From Octopus sinensis (Eukaryota): DNA of 64,000 bases. Positions 38,831 through 51,760 of this stretch are shown piece by piece. The number at the start of each line of letters is the position of its first letter. Position 1 is the first letter of the stretch. The stretch is from positions 98,580,001 to 98,644,000 of the forward strand of contig NC_043000.1 of the NCBI RefSeq assembly GCF_006345805.1, read 5' to 3'. Made by a program: the position numbers and the translations under genes. Below the pieces are notes generated by a model. It was not told where the DNA came from and did no database searches. It saw only the letters and a program-made list of their open reading frames with translations.

Positions 38831-40619
38831 TGTCGCTAGCAGGAACGTTCTGTATGAAGTCACGCAAGTCAGTGTAAAACTTTTCATTCTATGCAGGATG
38901 AACCTGAGAAGCGGGGCATGGCTACTGAAAAGTTTGGTATACCGTCAGGTTCGAACTGGGAAGCATATGGAGATGATGCGGTCTGAGGGAACCCGTTGGC
39001 AGGTTTTTATACTTCGAGGAAACGGAGTTCCTGATCTCAAATCTTACACCACAGATTTGTCTTTAATCTCCGATATGCTGGATCAGCAGGCGGTATAATC
39101 GGGGTCATGGTTCCAAATGTTACCTTTCCTTTGGAAGTAAACTTCACTCAGAGCCGTGGAAGTTCATGTACAATCAGAGCTGAATGATGTTATGAGCGAT
39201 CAGTGTTATAGTGTGAAATGAATTGTATGTTGGCTTAACAACTTTTACACAGCATTACCTATCATTGGGTGGCTAACTCTATGAATTTAACGGAAAGTTG
39301 ACAGTATTATATATGACCTTTATACTTTTCCTAACGCAATTAGAGAGGACAGAAAAATTCATCAGCTACAGGTGAGGTATGAAAGCTGATCGCAGACATG
39401 ACAAGTTGGTGGCATACTTATGCTTTAAGTTAAATAAATTTGTTGTGTTATCTTTTAGTTGATCTTAGACCTACGCAGGTTTTCTGCAAAAAAAAAAAAA
39501 ACGCAATATAGAAATTGCTTGAATCTTGGCTGCAGCGGAGCTAGTGAAAAATGCAATTAGTCTGGATACTGTCGTAATTGAGTTGCCATTTCTGTTACAT
39601 AGCCGAATATTGAATCTTTACTTGAAGTTCTTACAGACCATTTCTAAATGTGTTTTAATATGTGTAATTAAATAACACTGACACTATTAGCAGCAATAAT
39701 AACGTGGATAACTACAAATTCTGCAACAACAATAGCTCCAACATATAATCATAGTAATGACTTCAACAAAAATAACAGCTTTGATAACGGGAACACCAAA
39801 ACAATCTTGCTGTAGCAGATATTAGTCCGCACACACTGTACCACCGCACAAAAAATTATTATTAAACGAACAGAAATATTTACGAAAGCTCAGGACACTA
39901 GTATGATTCTGTCTTTAAAAACGTTCTCTTATACACTCAGCCAAGAGAAACAAAGGAATGCATGTATGCACACCGAAGTAGGTGTGTCATTAGCAATGGA
40001 CTCATTAGATAATGCCTAGCCTTTCAAATTGCACATAATATGCGAAGTAGAGGCATGACATAGCTAGAACAATAGAACTGTGGGTTTCGCCTACTTAAGA
40101 GGCCCATTGCTTATATTTCATAACACTCAATTCCGACTACACAGCAATGACAACATCGAATCAATGAATGAGCTTCTAATTTTCGTTTTAGTTGTAGGAA
40201 CTTGCAATTAAATCTCCCTGAAAATTTCTTTTCTTACTGGGTTGGAAAAAGGAGTGCATTTTAAATAATGTATTCGTAGACTTTCACAACTGAAATACAA
40301 CAAGAATATAACTGGAATATATTTCCGAGAGGTTCACAACTGGAACATATTTGATCATAGGGTTACTCGACCAGGACTGACCTGGAGTTGAAGAACAACA
40401 ACAAAAACAGTAACACTAGCAGTAGCATTAGCAGGCTGACAGTTTGATGATTTATTGATTTCCAATGCATCTACTGACAGATAGGCTCCACGAAAGGGTG
40501 CAGTTTGATGCTGCAGATTGTTGCGATAGTGCCTGATTGACGCGTTTATTCAGTGACTTCAAACGATGAGCTCAAATCCTATCATAAACCAATCTTGAAC
40601 TGTAACGTATACAGCGTCA

Positions 40620-41130
40620 TAACCTGGTATATTTTGTCTGGTTGTGAAATTGGCAAGTACGTGTGTGTATGTAAGAATGATGTGTGTGAGTGTTTATGTG
40701 TGAATGGGGGCAAGTGAGTGTGAATGGGGCGAGTGAGTGTGAATGGAGGCGAGTGAATGTGAATGGGGTCCGCGAGTGTGAATGTATGTATGGGGGGGGG
40801 GGGTTAAAATTAAGTGGGGCTGTGTGAGGTTGTGTATAGTATGCGTGTGAGGCTATTGTGTGCATGGAGGTGCGAGATGGGTTGGGGTGACGAGAAATAG
40901 GGGTTGGGAAGTATTGAGTGACTGGAGTAGGGAAGAAACAACGGGCCAGAAGGTCACACAGATTATGGGCGCGTTTGAAGGGGGGAAGGGGTGGTTTAGG
41001 GAGGATGTGGGAGGGGGAAGGTTCGAAAATGGTCAACGGAAGGCTCGGAGAATGTTACGTTGGAAGGGTAGGGTGGAGAGGGGGTATGTGAGGGTAAAAC
41101 GGAAGCGATTGCAGAGGAACGGTCAACAGA
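40620..41130 (-). pseudogene. Degraded Penelope-like fragment with a ~20-bp minisatellite (40690-40790)
   Basis: ILPKPPLPPFKRAHNLCDLLAR resembles the P..F+R..NL+D+LV+ motif preceding PLE GIY-YIG domains. Confidence 0.5.
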
Positions 41131-41392
41131 TCGTGCTCGGACAAGGGCAATTATATTGCAGCCATGATTTGAAGTCGAATGAATCTACTCCAGTACTTAA
41201 TTTTGCAAAATCTGATAATTATTCTATCAGTTCTTTTGCCGAACTACTAAGTTACGGGTACATAAACATAAAAACAGTGGCGGATGTCAAGTGGTGGTAA
41301 TGGTGAACATATACAGACAAGAAAGACACAGCAACACACACACACACACACTATATATTATATTATATATATTATATATATATATATATACA

Positions 41393-41433
<41 letters not shown>

Positions 41434-41462
41434 TATAATAATATATATATATATATATATAT

Positions 41463-41501
<39 letters not shown>

Positions 41502-41662
41502 CTGCCACTACGTCTGTGGTCAAATTCCGCCGAGGTCGACATTGTCTTTCATCATTTTGGTGTCGATAAATTAAGTACCAGTGAAACACTGGGATCGAAG
41601 TGATCAACTTGCTTCTCCCATCCAAATTCCAGGCCTCGTGCCTATAGTAGAAAAGATTAAAG

Positions 41663-41978
41663 ACTCCGCCGGTTACGACGACGAGGGTCCCAGCTGATAC
41701 GATCAACGGAACAGCTTGCTCGTGAAATTAACGTGCAAATGGTGAGCATTCCACAGACACGTGTAACCTTAACGTAGTTCTCGGGGATAATCAGCGTGAC
41801 ACAGAGAGTGACAAGCTGACCCTTTGAAATACCAGTACAACTCATTTTTGCCAGCTGAGTGGACTGGAGCAACGTGAAATAAAGTGTCTTGCTCAAGGAC
41901 ACAACGCGTCGCCGGAATCGAACTCACAACCTTACGATCATGAGCCGAATGCCCTAACCACTAAGCCACGCGCCCTCA
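41663..41978 (-). mobile_element. tRNA-derived SINE family C
   Basis: Minus strand ggcgcgTGGCTTAGTGG (A box)...GAGTTCGATTCC (B box), followed by the gtccttgagcaagacactt core. Confidence 0.8.
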
Positions 41979-42196
41979 CTTGAGTAGAAAAGATAATAGT
42001 AAAGGTAATAAAAACAATAATAATAATGATATATATATATCATATGTATGCATGTATGCATGTATGTATTATGTATGTATGTATGTAGTATTATATATGT
42101 ATGTATGTATGTATGATGTATGTATGTATCTATCTATCTATCATCTATCTATCTATCTATCTATCTATATATCTATATATCTATATATATATATAC

Positions 42197-42251
42197 TTAT
42201 TTTAAGCAGCAGAAAATTCAAATTTGTTGAATTTTCTGCTGCTTAAAATAA
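42197..42251. repeat. 25-bp perfect hairpin at the start of a TA-embedded 130-bp element
   Basis: ttattttaagcagcagaaaattcaa-atttg-ttgaattttctgctgcttaaaataa. Confidence 0.9.
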
Positions 42252-42773
42252 AGCATATTACTCTACCACTGGTATTTGAGTACTCTTTTCCACCTTGTTT
42301 CACATTTATGTGTTTACTCCGGTATATATATATATATAATATATATTATATATATATATTATATATTATAATATATATATAATATATATATGTATATATA
42401 TTATATATGTATGTGTGTATGTGTGTGTTTATGTATATATACAAACATGCATTAAACCTACTAATTGTTGTTCAGGGAAGATAGAGTACAGTGTACGTTT
42501 TTTCCAATATATATTTATGCCTACTTTTCATCGGTAATACTTTTTGTGTATGCATATAAATATGGATGTAAATGTTTACCCCACAAAATGTGCACTTGAT
42601 GTTTGAAACTCCGAAGAAGATATAGAGTGATGCTCATGCATTTAACTATGAGTGCACTGCATCTTATTACAAAAACAGCAGTAAGTTAATGAACTTCATG
42701 ACATAATTTCATATGACATTGTTATTTTATCTTTATTTTATTATATATATATATATAATATATATATAATATA

Positions 42774-42823
<50 letters not shown>

Positions 42824-43075
42824 TTAACAATTAAGGATAACTTTTTAATAAGGAATCTTAACAAGAGATTATCAGGTAGTTAGCGTGAAAAACCTCATAA
42901 GAGAAAAAAATTCGAAAATAATTTCTTTCCTTTTGAAAATATTAATTTATATTGTATAGAGGGCATTATTACACATAAATGCCTCACACTAAAAGGGACA
43001 TAAGTCATTACTACCAAAATTTCACTAATCGTACCTAATGCAGTTTTCAAAGCAGGACATTTAAAAAATGAATTT

Positions 43076-43140
43076 AGTTCTATATCACCTGTGATTTCAC
43101 ACTTAACGCATCAAATACGTCTATGTTCATCAGTAGAACT
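43076..43140 (-). ncRNA. Type I hammerhead ribozyme, family 7 copy 1
   Basis: agttcta-CTGATGA-aca...tgt-GAAA-tcac-ag-gtga-TA-tagaact. Confidence 0.88.
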
Positions 43141-43554
43141 GACTCTGAACACATTATAAATAAACGATCAATATACCTGGCGAAGTCGAACAGACATCTG
43201 CTCTCTCCGGCGAAGCACATGGAAATGTTTATAAATCATATATTCGGTAAATGGCGGGCTTTCTCGAACTGCATGTCGGGTAGGAAAAGTATTTTTTCGG
43301 AATAAATTTAACAATTAAGGATAACTTCTTAATAAGGAATCTTAACAAGAGATTATCAGGTAGTTAGCATGAAATCTAAGAGAAAAAAATTCGAAAATAA
43401 TTTTTTTCCTTTTGAAAATATTAATTTATATTGTATAGAGGGCATCATTACACATAAATGCCTCATACTAAGAGGGACATAAGTCATTACTACCAAAATT
43501 TCACTAATCGTACCTAATGCAGTTTTCAAAGCAGGACGTTTAAAAAATGAATTT

Positions 43555-43619
43555 AGTTCTATATCACCTGTGATTTCACACTTAACGCATCAAATACGTC
43601 TATGTTCATCAGTAGAACT
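43555..43619 (-). ncRNA. Type I hammerhead ribozyme, family 7 copy 2
   Basis: Identical motif 479 bp away. Confidence 0.88.
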
Positions 43620-43780
43620 GATTCTGAACACATCATAAATAAATAAATAAATATATATATATATATATTATATATATATATATTATATATTATATATATA
43701 TATATTATATATATATATATGTACAGTAATATACAGAATACGAATAGATATGCATATACGTTTGTGTGTGTGCGTGCGTG

Positions 43781-43814
<34 letters not shown>

Positions 43815-45132
43815 ATGTATGTATGTATGCATGTATGTATGAATATATGAATATATATATATGTGTGTGTTTGTGTATGAATATACTTATATATATATAT
43901 GTATGATGTAGATATATGTGTATGCGTGTATATGTGCATCTGTCTGTATATTTAGACAGAGAGTGAGAGAGATAGAGAGAGATAAAAAGAGAGAGAGAAG
44001 GAGAGAGAGTCCGAAGGCAAGAGAAAGATAAATAAATATACGAACTCTATGATATGAAAGTAAAGTAGAGTGTATTGAACTGTTATTGTGTCTATGTGTT
44101 ACATAAATGGACAGTGAAGGTTAGAGTGGAGAAACAGAGGCGGGCCATATTGGCATAATAATTGAAGAGAAAAAGCGACAAACCCGGAAACGAAATGAGT
44201 TGAAAACTCCGATTATCATCGGATATATTCGGAAACCGTTCACTTCTGTCTCCGTAATAATTTATTATTTAATGATATTCAATAATTTATTACCTAAAGA
44301 CATTTCATTGTAGTGAGCTTATATCTTATTCTATATAACATGATTTATACTGATATTAATGCTATGGACTCCATTAAATACATAGGACAGATGGAAGTCT
44401 GTGAAACATACGAACTTTCAAGAACATTTGAAATGAAAGAGAATAATATAATGAGCACTACGTTCGTCATATTTCTACCGTATGTCTGTCTTTATACTTC
44501 ACCTAGCCAAAAAGCAACCTCCACCAGAGACTTACATACATCTGCGCACACATTACAAACATATGACTGTTTCATAATTCTTTGTTATTTTAATTTCTTA
44601 TATATGTGTTCTGACTCTCTGCACGATGAGTTCAATCACGCTGAAGTCGATTTTGCTTTTCATCCTTTCGGAACCGATAAAAACTACCAGTCAAGGGCGA
44701 TGGTTGGTTAGCGGGGTTGTTAAAGTATTGAACTGAATGCCTTGCTGTAATTTTTCGGATTGGTATATTATGAGTTCAAATCACGTCCCAATCATCATCA
44801 TAAAAAAAAAATTATAATAATAATAAACGAAGTATACAGTGACCATCTGCCAGAAGTTACGACTGATACTCAGTATCTAGAAATTTGAAAAACCAATGGG
44901 AAACAGCTTCCTTAGTTCGACCGGAAGATCGACTGTCACTGCCAATACTGTCTTATCAAATTTCCATCCATGACTGATGCTTTCTAATAAGTGTGATAAG
45001 ATAATAGGAAAGTTTAATTCTTTTCTTTTCAAATATGTAAGAGCGTGAACAAAGAGGAATAGAATATTCTTAAAGCAATATTTCTATACAATTAATTCTA
45101 AAATTATTCAACAATTTATATTTTCTGTCCCG

Positions 45133-45630
45133 CTGTGGGGCGGTTATCTTCCCCTGTCAGTGCATAGACATGTGCTTTTTATGCGGTTCTAAGGGTCTTT
45201 GGCTCTTATTTCTAGCAATGTAGGTCCTACCCTACACTCTTAGTCATAATAAGTAATAAATGAATTTTTTCTTTTTGATTTTATATTGCGTATAGCCACC
45301 TTCGCTATTTTACAATTTTCACACTGCCATTTTGCGGAATCATCCATTGATTCATATGGTAAATACTGTACACTGACAGTCAGATTTAGCTCAACCATCA
45401 GCTATGGAATATTTACCACAGATGAGCTTTAATTTTAAGTGAAACTAGACTAGCATGGTGATCGCGCTTGCTATGGGGCAGTTATCTTCCCTGTCAGAGC
45501 TTTTTTGCGATTCAGAGGGTCTTTGACTCTTATTTCTAGTAATGTAGTGCTACTCTGCGTCCTAAGTCACAATTAGTGACAAATGAAGTTTTCCGTTTTG
45601 ATTTTATATTGCGTATAACCGCCTTCGTTA
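45133..45630. repeat. Diverged direct duplication with ~338-bp period
   Basis: ggggc(g/a)gttatcttccc...ttatttctag...ttttgattttatattgcgtata occurs at 45133-45305 and 45471-45630. Confidence 0.7.
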
Positions 45631-45632
45631 TG

Positions 45633-45663
<31 letters not shown>

Positions 45664-45721
45664 ATATACATACATACATACATACACACACACATACATA
45701 CATACCTATATATATATACAC

Positions 45722-45819
<98 letters not shown>

Positions 45820-46177
45820 AGAAGTGGGGACCGAAATACTTCAAAGGAATGTCAAACATATAAGTCCGCTGGTATAGTCTAAGTAAAGAATATATATAAT
45901 ATATATATATTCAGTATTTTCATAAACAATAAATGAAGTATAAAGAAAGGAAAAATTGTAGGTGCAGACGATCATTAATTCATAATCTAGGTTGGCACAG
46001 AACCAATATACATTCTACAAATTGTTTCGAAGTCTAATTAATTCCAAAGGCAAACACGAAAACCTCACCTTGAAATGAAAATTAGATTCTCCGTCAAGAA
46101 TTACATACTGGTATGAATAATTACGATCAACAAAAATATACAAAGACCTTTCATAGCCCTGATGGGAACGTCAAAAA

Positions 46178-46233
<56 letters not shown>

Positions 46234-46785
46234 TAGCAACGATTTGCCTCACCACACACCGAATTTAGAAATAGCAGTCAAAGAGTTATGGCTATTCTTT
46301 CTACTTAAAAGGTGATGTCTTCTTGAGGTGATGTCTTCTAGTGCCTCCAAATTTAATACACAATTATTAATAATTGAGACGCAATTATTTATAATTGAAG
46401 AGTCCTACGCTGAAGAGAAAAATAGTCGGGTAAGACATAATTATTTAATTTTTATGCTTTCCTATGACTTAATTTCGAAACGTACGTCCGTAGGTGACTT
46501 AATATAGAATGATTGTCGTCATTTCTTTCTCTTTTGCCTGCGTTGTTTGCCTTTTAAGTGCTGTGGTTTTACTGGGATCTCCCTTTTAAGTAGAAAGAAT
46601 AGCCATAACTCTTTGACTGCTATTTCTAAATTCGGTGTGTGTTAAGGCAAATCGTTGCTAAATCCTTATTTACTTAGTATTACTTAAACCTTCCTTGAAT
46701 GGGGCTTTTACATGCCGAAATCTACTTGGTGAAATTAATGATTATTCCAAATTAATTAATTTCACCCTATATTATTATTGATAAT
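46234..46785 (+). mobile_element. (TA)n-embedded Penelope-type non-autonomous element with an inverted arm
   Basis: 46234-46312 is the reverse complement of 46582-46660. It contains a hammerhead. Confidence 0.82.
46404..46494 (+). ncRNA. Type I hammerhead ribozyme, family 8
   Basis: cctacg-CTGAAGA-gaaa...tttc-GAAA-cgtacg-TC-cgtagg, a canonical GUC site. Confidence 0.9.
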
Positions 46786-46849
46786 TATATATATATATAT
46801 AATGTATATATACATATATATATTATATATATTATATATATATATATGT

Positions 46850-46927
<78 letters not shown>

Positions 46928-46940
46928 TATATATATATAT

Positions 46941-46971
<31 letters not shown>

Positions 46972-46977
46972 CATATA

Positions 46978-47144
46978 TAGGCGCAGGAGTGGCTGTGTGG
47001 TAAGTAGCTTGTTAACCAACCACATGGTTCCGGGTTCAGTCCCACTGCGTGGCATCTTGGGCAAGTGTCTTCTGCTATAGCCCCGGGCCGACCAATGCCT
47101 TGTGAGTGGATTTGGTAGACGGAAACTGAAAGAAGCCTGTCGTA

Positions 47145-47223
<79 letters not shown>

Positions 47224-47418
47224 CTGTGTTTGTCCCCCTAGCATTGCTTGACAACCGATGCTGGTATGCTTACGTCCCAGTCACTTAGCGGTTCGGCAAA
47301 AGAGACCGATAGAATAAGTACTGGGCTTACAAAGAATAAGTCCTGGGGTCGATTTGCTCGACTAAAGGCGGTGCTCCAGCATGGCCGCAGCCAAATGACT
47401 GCAACATTTAAAAAAGAA
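46978..47418 (+). mobile_element. Intact SINE family B (tRNA-like head, internal (TA)n(TG)n, CR1-like tail)
   Basis: ggcgcaggagTGGCTGTGTGG (A box)...GGGTTCAGTCCC (B box)...ggcggtgctccagcatggccgcag. Confidence 0.88.
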
Positions 47419-48078
47419 GAGTAATATATTTGTATGTATGTATGTATGTATGTATATATATATCCATGAACATATATGATTATTTTTCTGCATGGTCATG
47501 ATTCATCTATAAGGACTAAAAGATAGTTAATTCAGTGGTATATTCAGGTCATAGTCAATATCTATAAATCTGAAATGCGAAAAGTTTGTTGGTCTGGTTT
47601 TGGCATTGGAACGGGTTAAAGGCCACTAGATCCCGTTGGATTGACTCCAAAATTTACAGGAATGTGTAAAATGAGGTGAGAATGTGGTTGGGCTAGGTTA
47701 GAAATCCCTATTTTAAAAGGTGTGGTTACTAGGGCAAAAAATACACACTTTGACAAGTCTTCTCTCATTATTTTATGTGTCTGTCTTCCTCCGTCTCTCT
47801 CTCCTTCTTCCCTTTCTTTCACTTTCTCTCTATAACGTCGTTTGACAGTGTCTACTGTCTTTCCCCCGCCAATTTCACTCTTTCTTCCACATCCTCTCTC
47901 TCTCTCTACGTCTATTTGCATTCATAGAGAGAATTATTATCCCCACCATCACCACACAATCATGAGAACAAATATTATGAATCAGATATTTATTGGGTTA
48001 ATTTATATATGTATGTGTGTACTATATATAAATATGTATATATAATGTATATATACAAAGTGTATATATCTGTATATA

Positions 48079-48116
<38 letters not shown>

Positions 48117-48351
48117 ATATATATCATAAAATATTAGGGAATAAATCCAAACTTACAGGGAAAAATCAGATTTAGGATTAAATCCAATTTTATAGTAAAA
48201 TATATTATATTATATTATAATAAATTAGAGATAAAACCACTATTAGGCAAATCAAACAATGAAAAACATAAGCCAATACATAAAATTAATTAATTTATAT
48301 TATTTTAAATATATATCAAAAGTATTAAAAGTTTAATAAGATAAAGAGTAA

Positions 48352-48422
48352 AACACTACGATCGTTTGATAGCTGTACAATTCGTAATAATTCGAGTTAT
48401 CATTACAGTCAATCTTCAGGTT
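48352..48422 (-). ncRNA. Degenerate hammerhead, family 9, in a TA-embedded element (~48125-48470)
   Basis: aac-CTGAAGA-ttgactgta...tacagctatc-(G missing)AAA-cgatcg-TA-gtgtt. Confidence 0.5.
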
Positions 48423-48483
48423 AATTGAAATATAATTTGTATACATTTGTATATATAATGCGTATATATATTTAATGCGTCTG

Positions 48484-48582
<99 letters not shown>

Positions 48583-48627
48583 CTCTCTCTCTATATATAT
48601 ATACATATATATATATATAATATATAT

Positions 48628-49527
48628 AATGTGTGCATTATGTAGTCGGTTGAGCTGAAGATATGCACACCTATGTTAAAAGTGCTGGCGAGTTTGCATG
48701 GGAACTATATTTTCCCTCAAATGAAAGGCGTAACCTCTAGGACAAAATTCCTCATCTTATAAAATGTGGCCCGAGTAGACCCGAATGAAATCGGGTTATA
48801 TTAACCAAAATGTGAAAAGAGGTTTAAATGGGGCTGGAAGGGGATTAAAATTTACAGGACGGTTGTTTAGGAATTCTCTGTTACATCAAGCTAAAAAATT
48901 TGCGCCAACCTTTAAATCGTCAATGTGTTCCGTCCATGTTGAAGAAGTTTTGAATGCTTGCCATGGTGAGTCTACTGTCGTGAGAAAGGATCGCTTCAAA
49001 ACTTGGTATTTAGGAATTTTCTTTTACATCAAGTTTAAAATTTTACGCCAGACGTTAAACTGCCACTACATTGCTGTCCGTTGTTAAGAAATGCCAGCCA
49101 TGGTGACTCTACTATCCTCAGATTCTATCCCTTCAAACTTTGGTTTCCAATATTTTTAATTTTTATTCAGCTCGCAAGTTCGTCTGTCCCTTATAAATGT
49201 TAGTGTTTTGCTGTCTGCCTTGAATCAGACCTTTCCGTTATCCCTGCCTGATATTTATGATTGATCTTTCAAAATATATTCTTTCTCAACTTACTCAAGA
49301 TCTTTTGTTGTTTATAAATGGGAGAGAGATAGATAGATAGAGAAAGATAGAGAGTAAGAGAAAGCGAGGGAGAGTTCGAGAGAAAGGAAGAGTAAGAGAG
49401 TGGGAAAGTGAGAGAGAACGGAGAGAGAAACAAAGAGGGAGAATGTGGTGATAAAAAACAGAAAGGAAGCAACAGAAAGTAACAACCACACTCTTACCCG
49501 CGCGTAGAGCGGGTCACCTTAAGCTAG
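48628..49527 (+). mobile_element. Non-autonomous Helitron (3' end clear, 5' end uncertain)
   Basis: Hairpin acccgc-gcgtaga-gcgggt followed by CTAG|T at 49524-27. Confidence 0.55.
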
Positions 49528-51562
49528 TCTTCATTATAAATTGAAGATTAAGTAAGAAAGTAAGCGAAAATATATGAAAATAGAAATTACATTGGAATTA
49601 TTCAGTTCCTGCTTTACTAATATATACTCAGTCGTGTCATAAGATGTAAAATTATGTGTTGCATCCTGTCATGTCAGGACTGTCTCATCTCTTCAGTACA
49701 ATAACTCCCGGTATGTATATCACCTGTTTAATGTTTTAATTCTAACGGCATTTTCTTTTATTGCATTTGCTCACCATGCGTCTTTTTCTTCCTACTTATA
49801 CTGATTTAATTCAAGCCTATTATATTTCATACAAATGACCTAATTCATTTTTTATCGTATATATTTCGATTCATCTCAAAATGTCATGGTGTGTTCGTCA
49901 CTGAGGAGACAAAATGAGTTTCAAACAGCATGTCTGACGATCTGCATTCAAAATTCTGAGCAGTCTCAGTGTTTTCTCTGAGGTAACATATTATATCTAG
50001 CGCCATTATAAGTTTGTATATATATTTATAACGTATAAATGCTATATTCAACTTAATACGGTACAATGTTGCTTCAAGTACGTATATTGATTTCTTTCTT
50101 CTGGTTTTTGATCTTCCAATCTTCGCTGCAGATTTTTGTCGTAAGCTATGTATTATTTATCTCTTTGTTCTTTCTCTTTGTACTCTTGTTTTCAAGACAA
50201 GAAAAAATTTCTTTGCTAAATCTCGTACAAGTTCCTTGCCATAGATCCTAAATTGTTTATTTGTTATTTTAATTTTTGGCCTCTGATCTCATACTTTCTT
50301 TCATGTCTTAAAGTCTTTTCTCTTTTCACATTCAACTTGCACTCTGGTTCCGGCTCTATATCTTGCACTCACATTATCTGATCGTCTCACTTTCTTCATT
50401 AACCGCTGTCTCTAACCATCTCCCCTGTGTCACTCTATCTTGATGTCCTCTCTGGGCTTTCCCAAATTTGTCTTGGATAGTGAGAGACGATGATTTTGAG
50501 CAACTTGATCTCATTATCATGCTATCTCATCTACAACCTGGCATTCTTTGTTGATCCTTTTATACTTTGATTTCGCGGTATGTTACATATGTATATCCTT
50601 CTCCGAGATGTTTCGGGAAAAATGTTAATATATTTTAGATTTATGTTTATGCTGTACATATTTTCTTTTGTATTCGTTTTACATCTTGGTTATAATTTTT
50701 TAAGATATCAGTCTTATCAGAGATGACGCCAATATCTATAATTTTGAAATTGCATCATATTTTTATATCGCATACATACATACATACATACATACATACA
50801 TAATCTATCCATACTTCCCCATATACATATGTATATATGTATATACATATAGTTATATGTATATAACATACACACATTTACACACACGTAAACAAATAGG
50901 AAGACACACATGCACACACATAAGCATATATATATAGTGGCAGGTGTGGCTGCATGGCTGCGTGGTAAGAACTTCGTTTGTCAACCACATGATTTCGGGT
51001 TCAGTACCACCACTTGACACCTTTGGCAAATGTCTTCTACTATGGTCTGGGCGTTGTGGCTGAATTTGGATGAAGGAAACTACACACACATACGCACATG
51101 CACACACACACATGCACAGGCACACACAAAGATATATATATTTATCTATGTTTGTGTGACTTTGTTTTCGTCTCCCACCAAACACTGGACAAGCGGTGTT
51201 GGTTTCTTCTCATCCCTGTTTTGGAAAAAAGAGTCCGATAGAATAAGGACTAGGCTTCAAGAAATAAGTACTGGGGACGCCACATTCATATAAAACACTC
51301 CATGGCCGCTTTCCAATGACTGAAAGAAGAAAAACATAGAAGAAAGATACAATACACACACGTAAACATATACATACATACACACGAACAAATGAATCTG
51401 AAGGGGTGTGTGCGTGTGTGCTTGAAGTAATTCTATATATATATATATATATAACTAAGAAATAGAGAACAAATTTCAAAGGTCAGTGTTCATATTCACT
51501 CAATATATTTCAAAGCATCGGAATACTCCACAGTATACATAGGGGCATTAATATAATATAAA

Positions 51563-51760
51563 ATTTGATGAAAATTTTCAAAAATCTTTTCAAAAATTTT
51601 GATGAAACTTTTGAAAAAACTTTTCAAAAATTTTGATGAAAATTCTCAAAAAATTTTCAAAAATTTTGGTAAAAATTTTCAAGAAACTTTCAGAAATTTT
51701 GATGAAAATTTTCAGAAAAATTTTCAAAAACTCTGATGACAATTTTCAAAAATTTTATGA
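51563..51760. repeat. AT-rich minisatellite, ~32-bp unit (ttttgatgaaaattttcaaaaa...)
   Basis: About six diverged copies. Confidence 0.85.

Larger units (their letters stand above)
42822..43648 (-). repeat. Tandem ~480-bp ORF-less hammerhead unit (1.7 copies), retrozyme-like
   Basis: tttaacaattaaggataact recurs at ~42823 and ~43307. (TA)n on both sides. Confidence 0.9.

Noticed and set aside
41920-41978. tRNA gene
   Set aside because: A and B boxes are present but there is no complete cloverleaf, and it continues into a SINE body. The same applies to SINE A and B heads.
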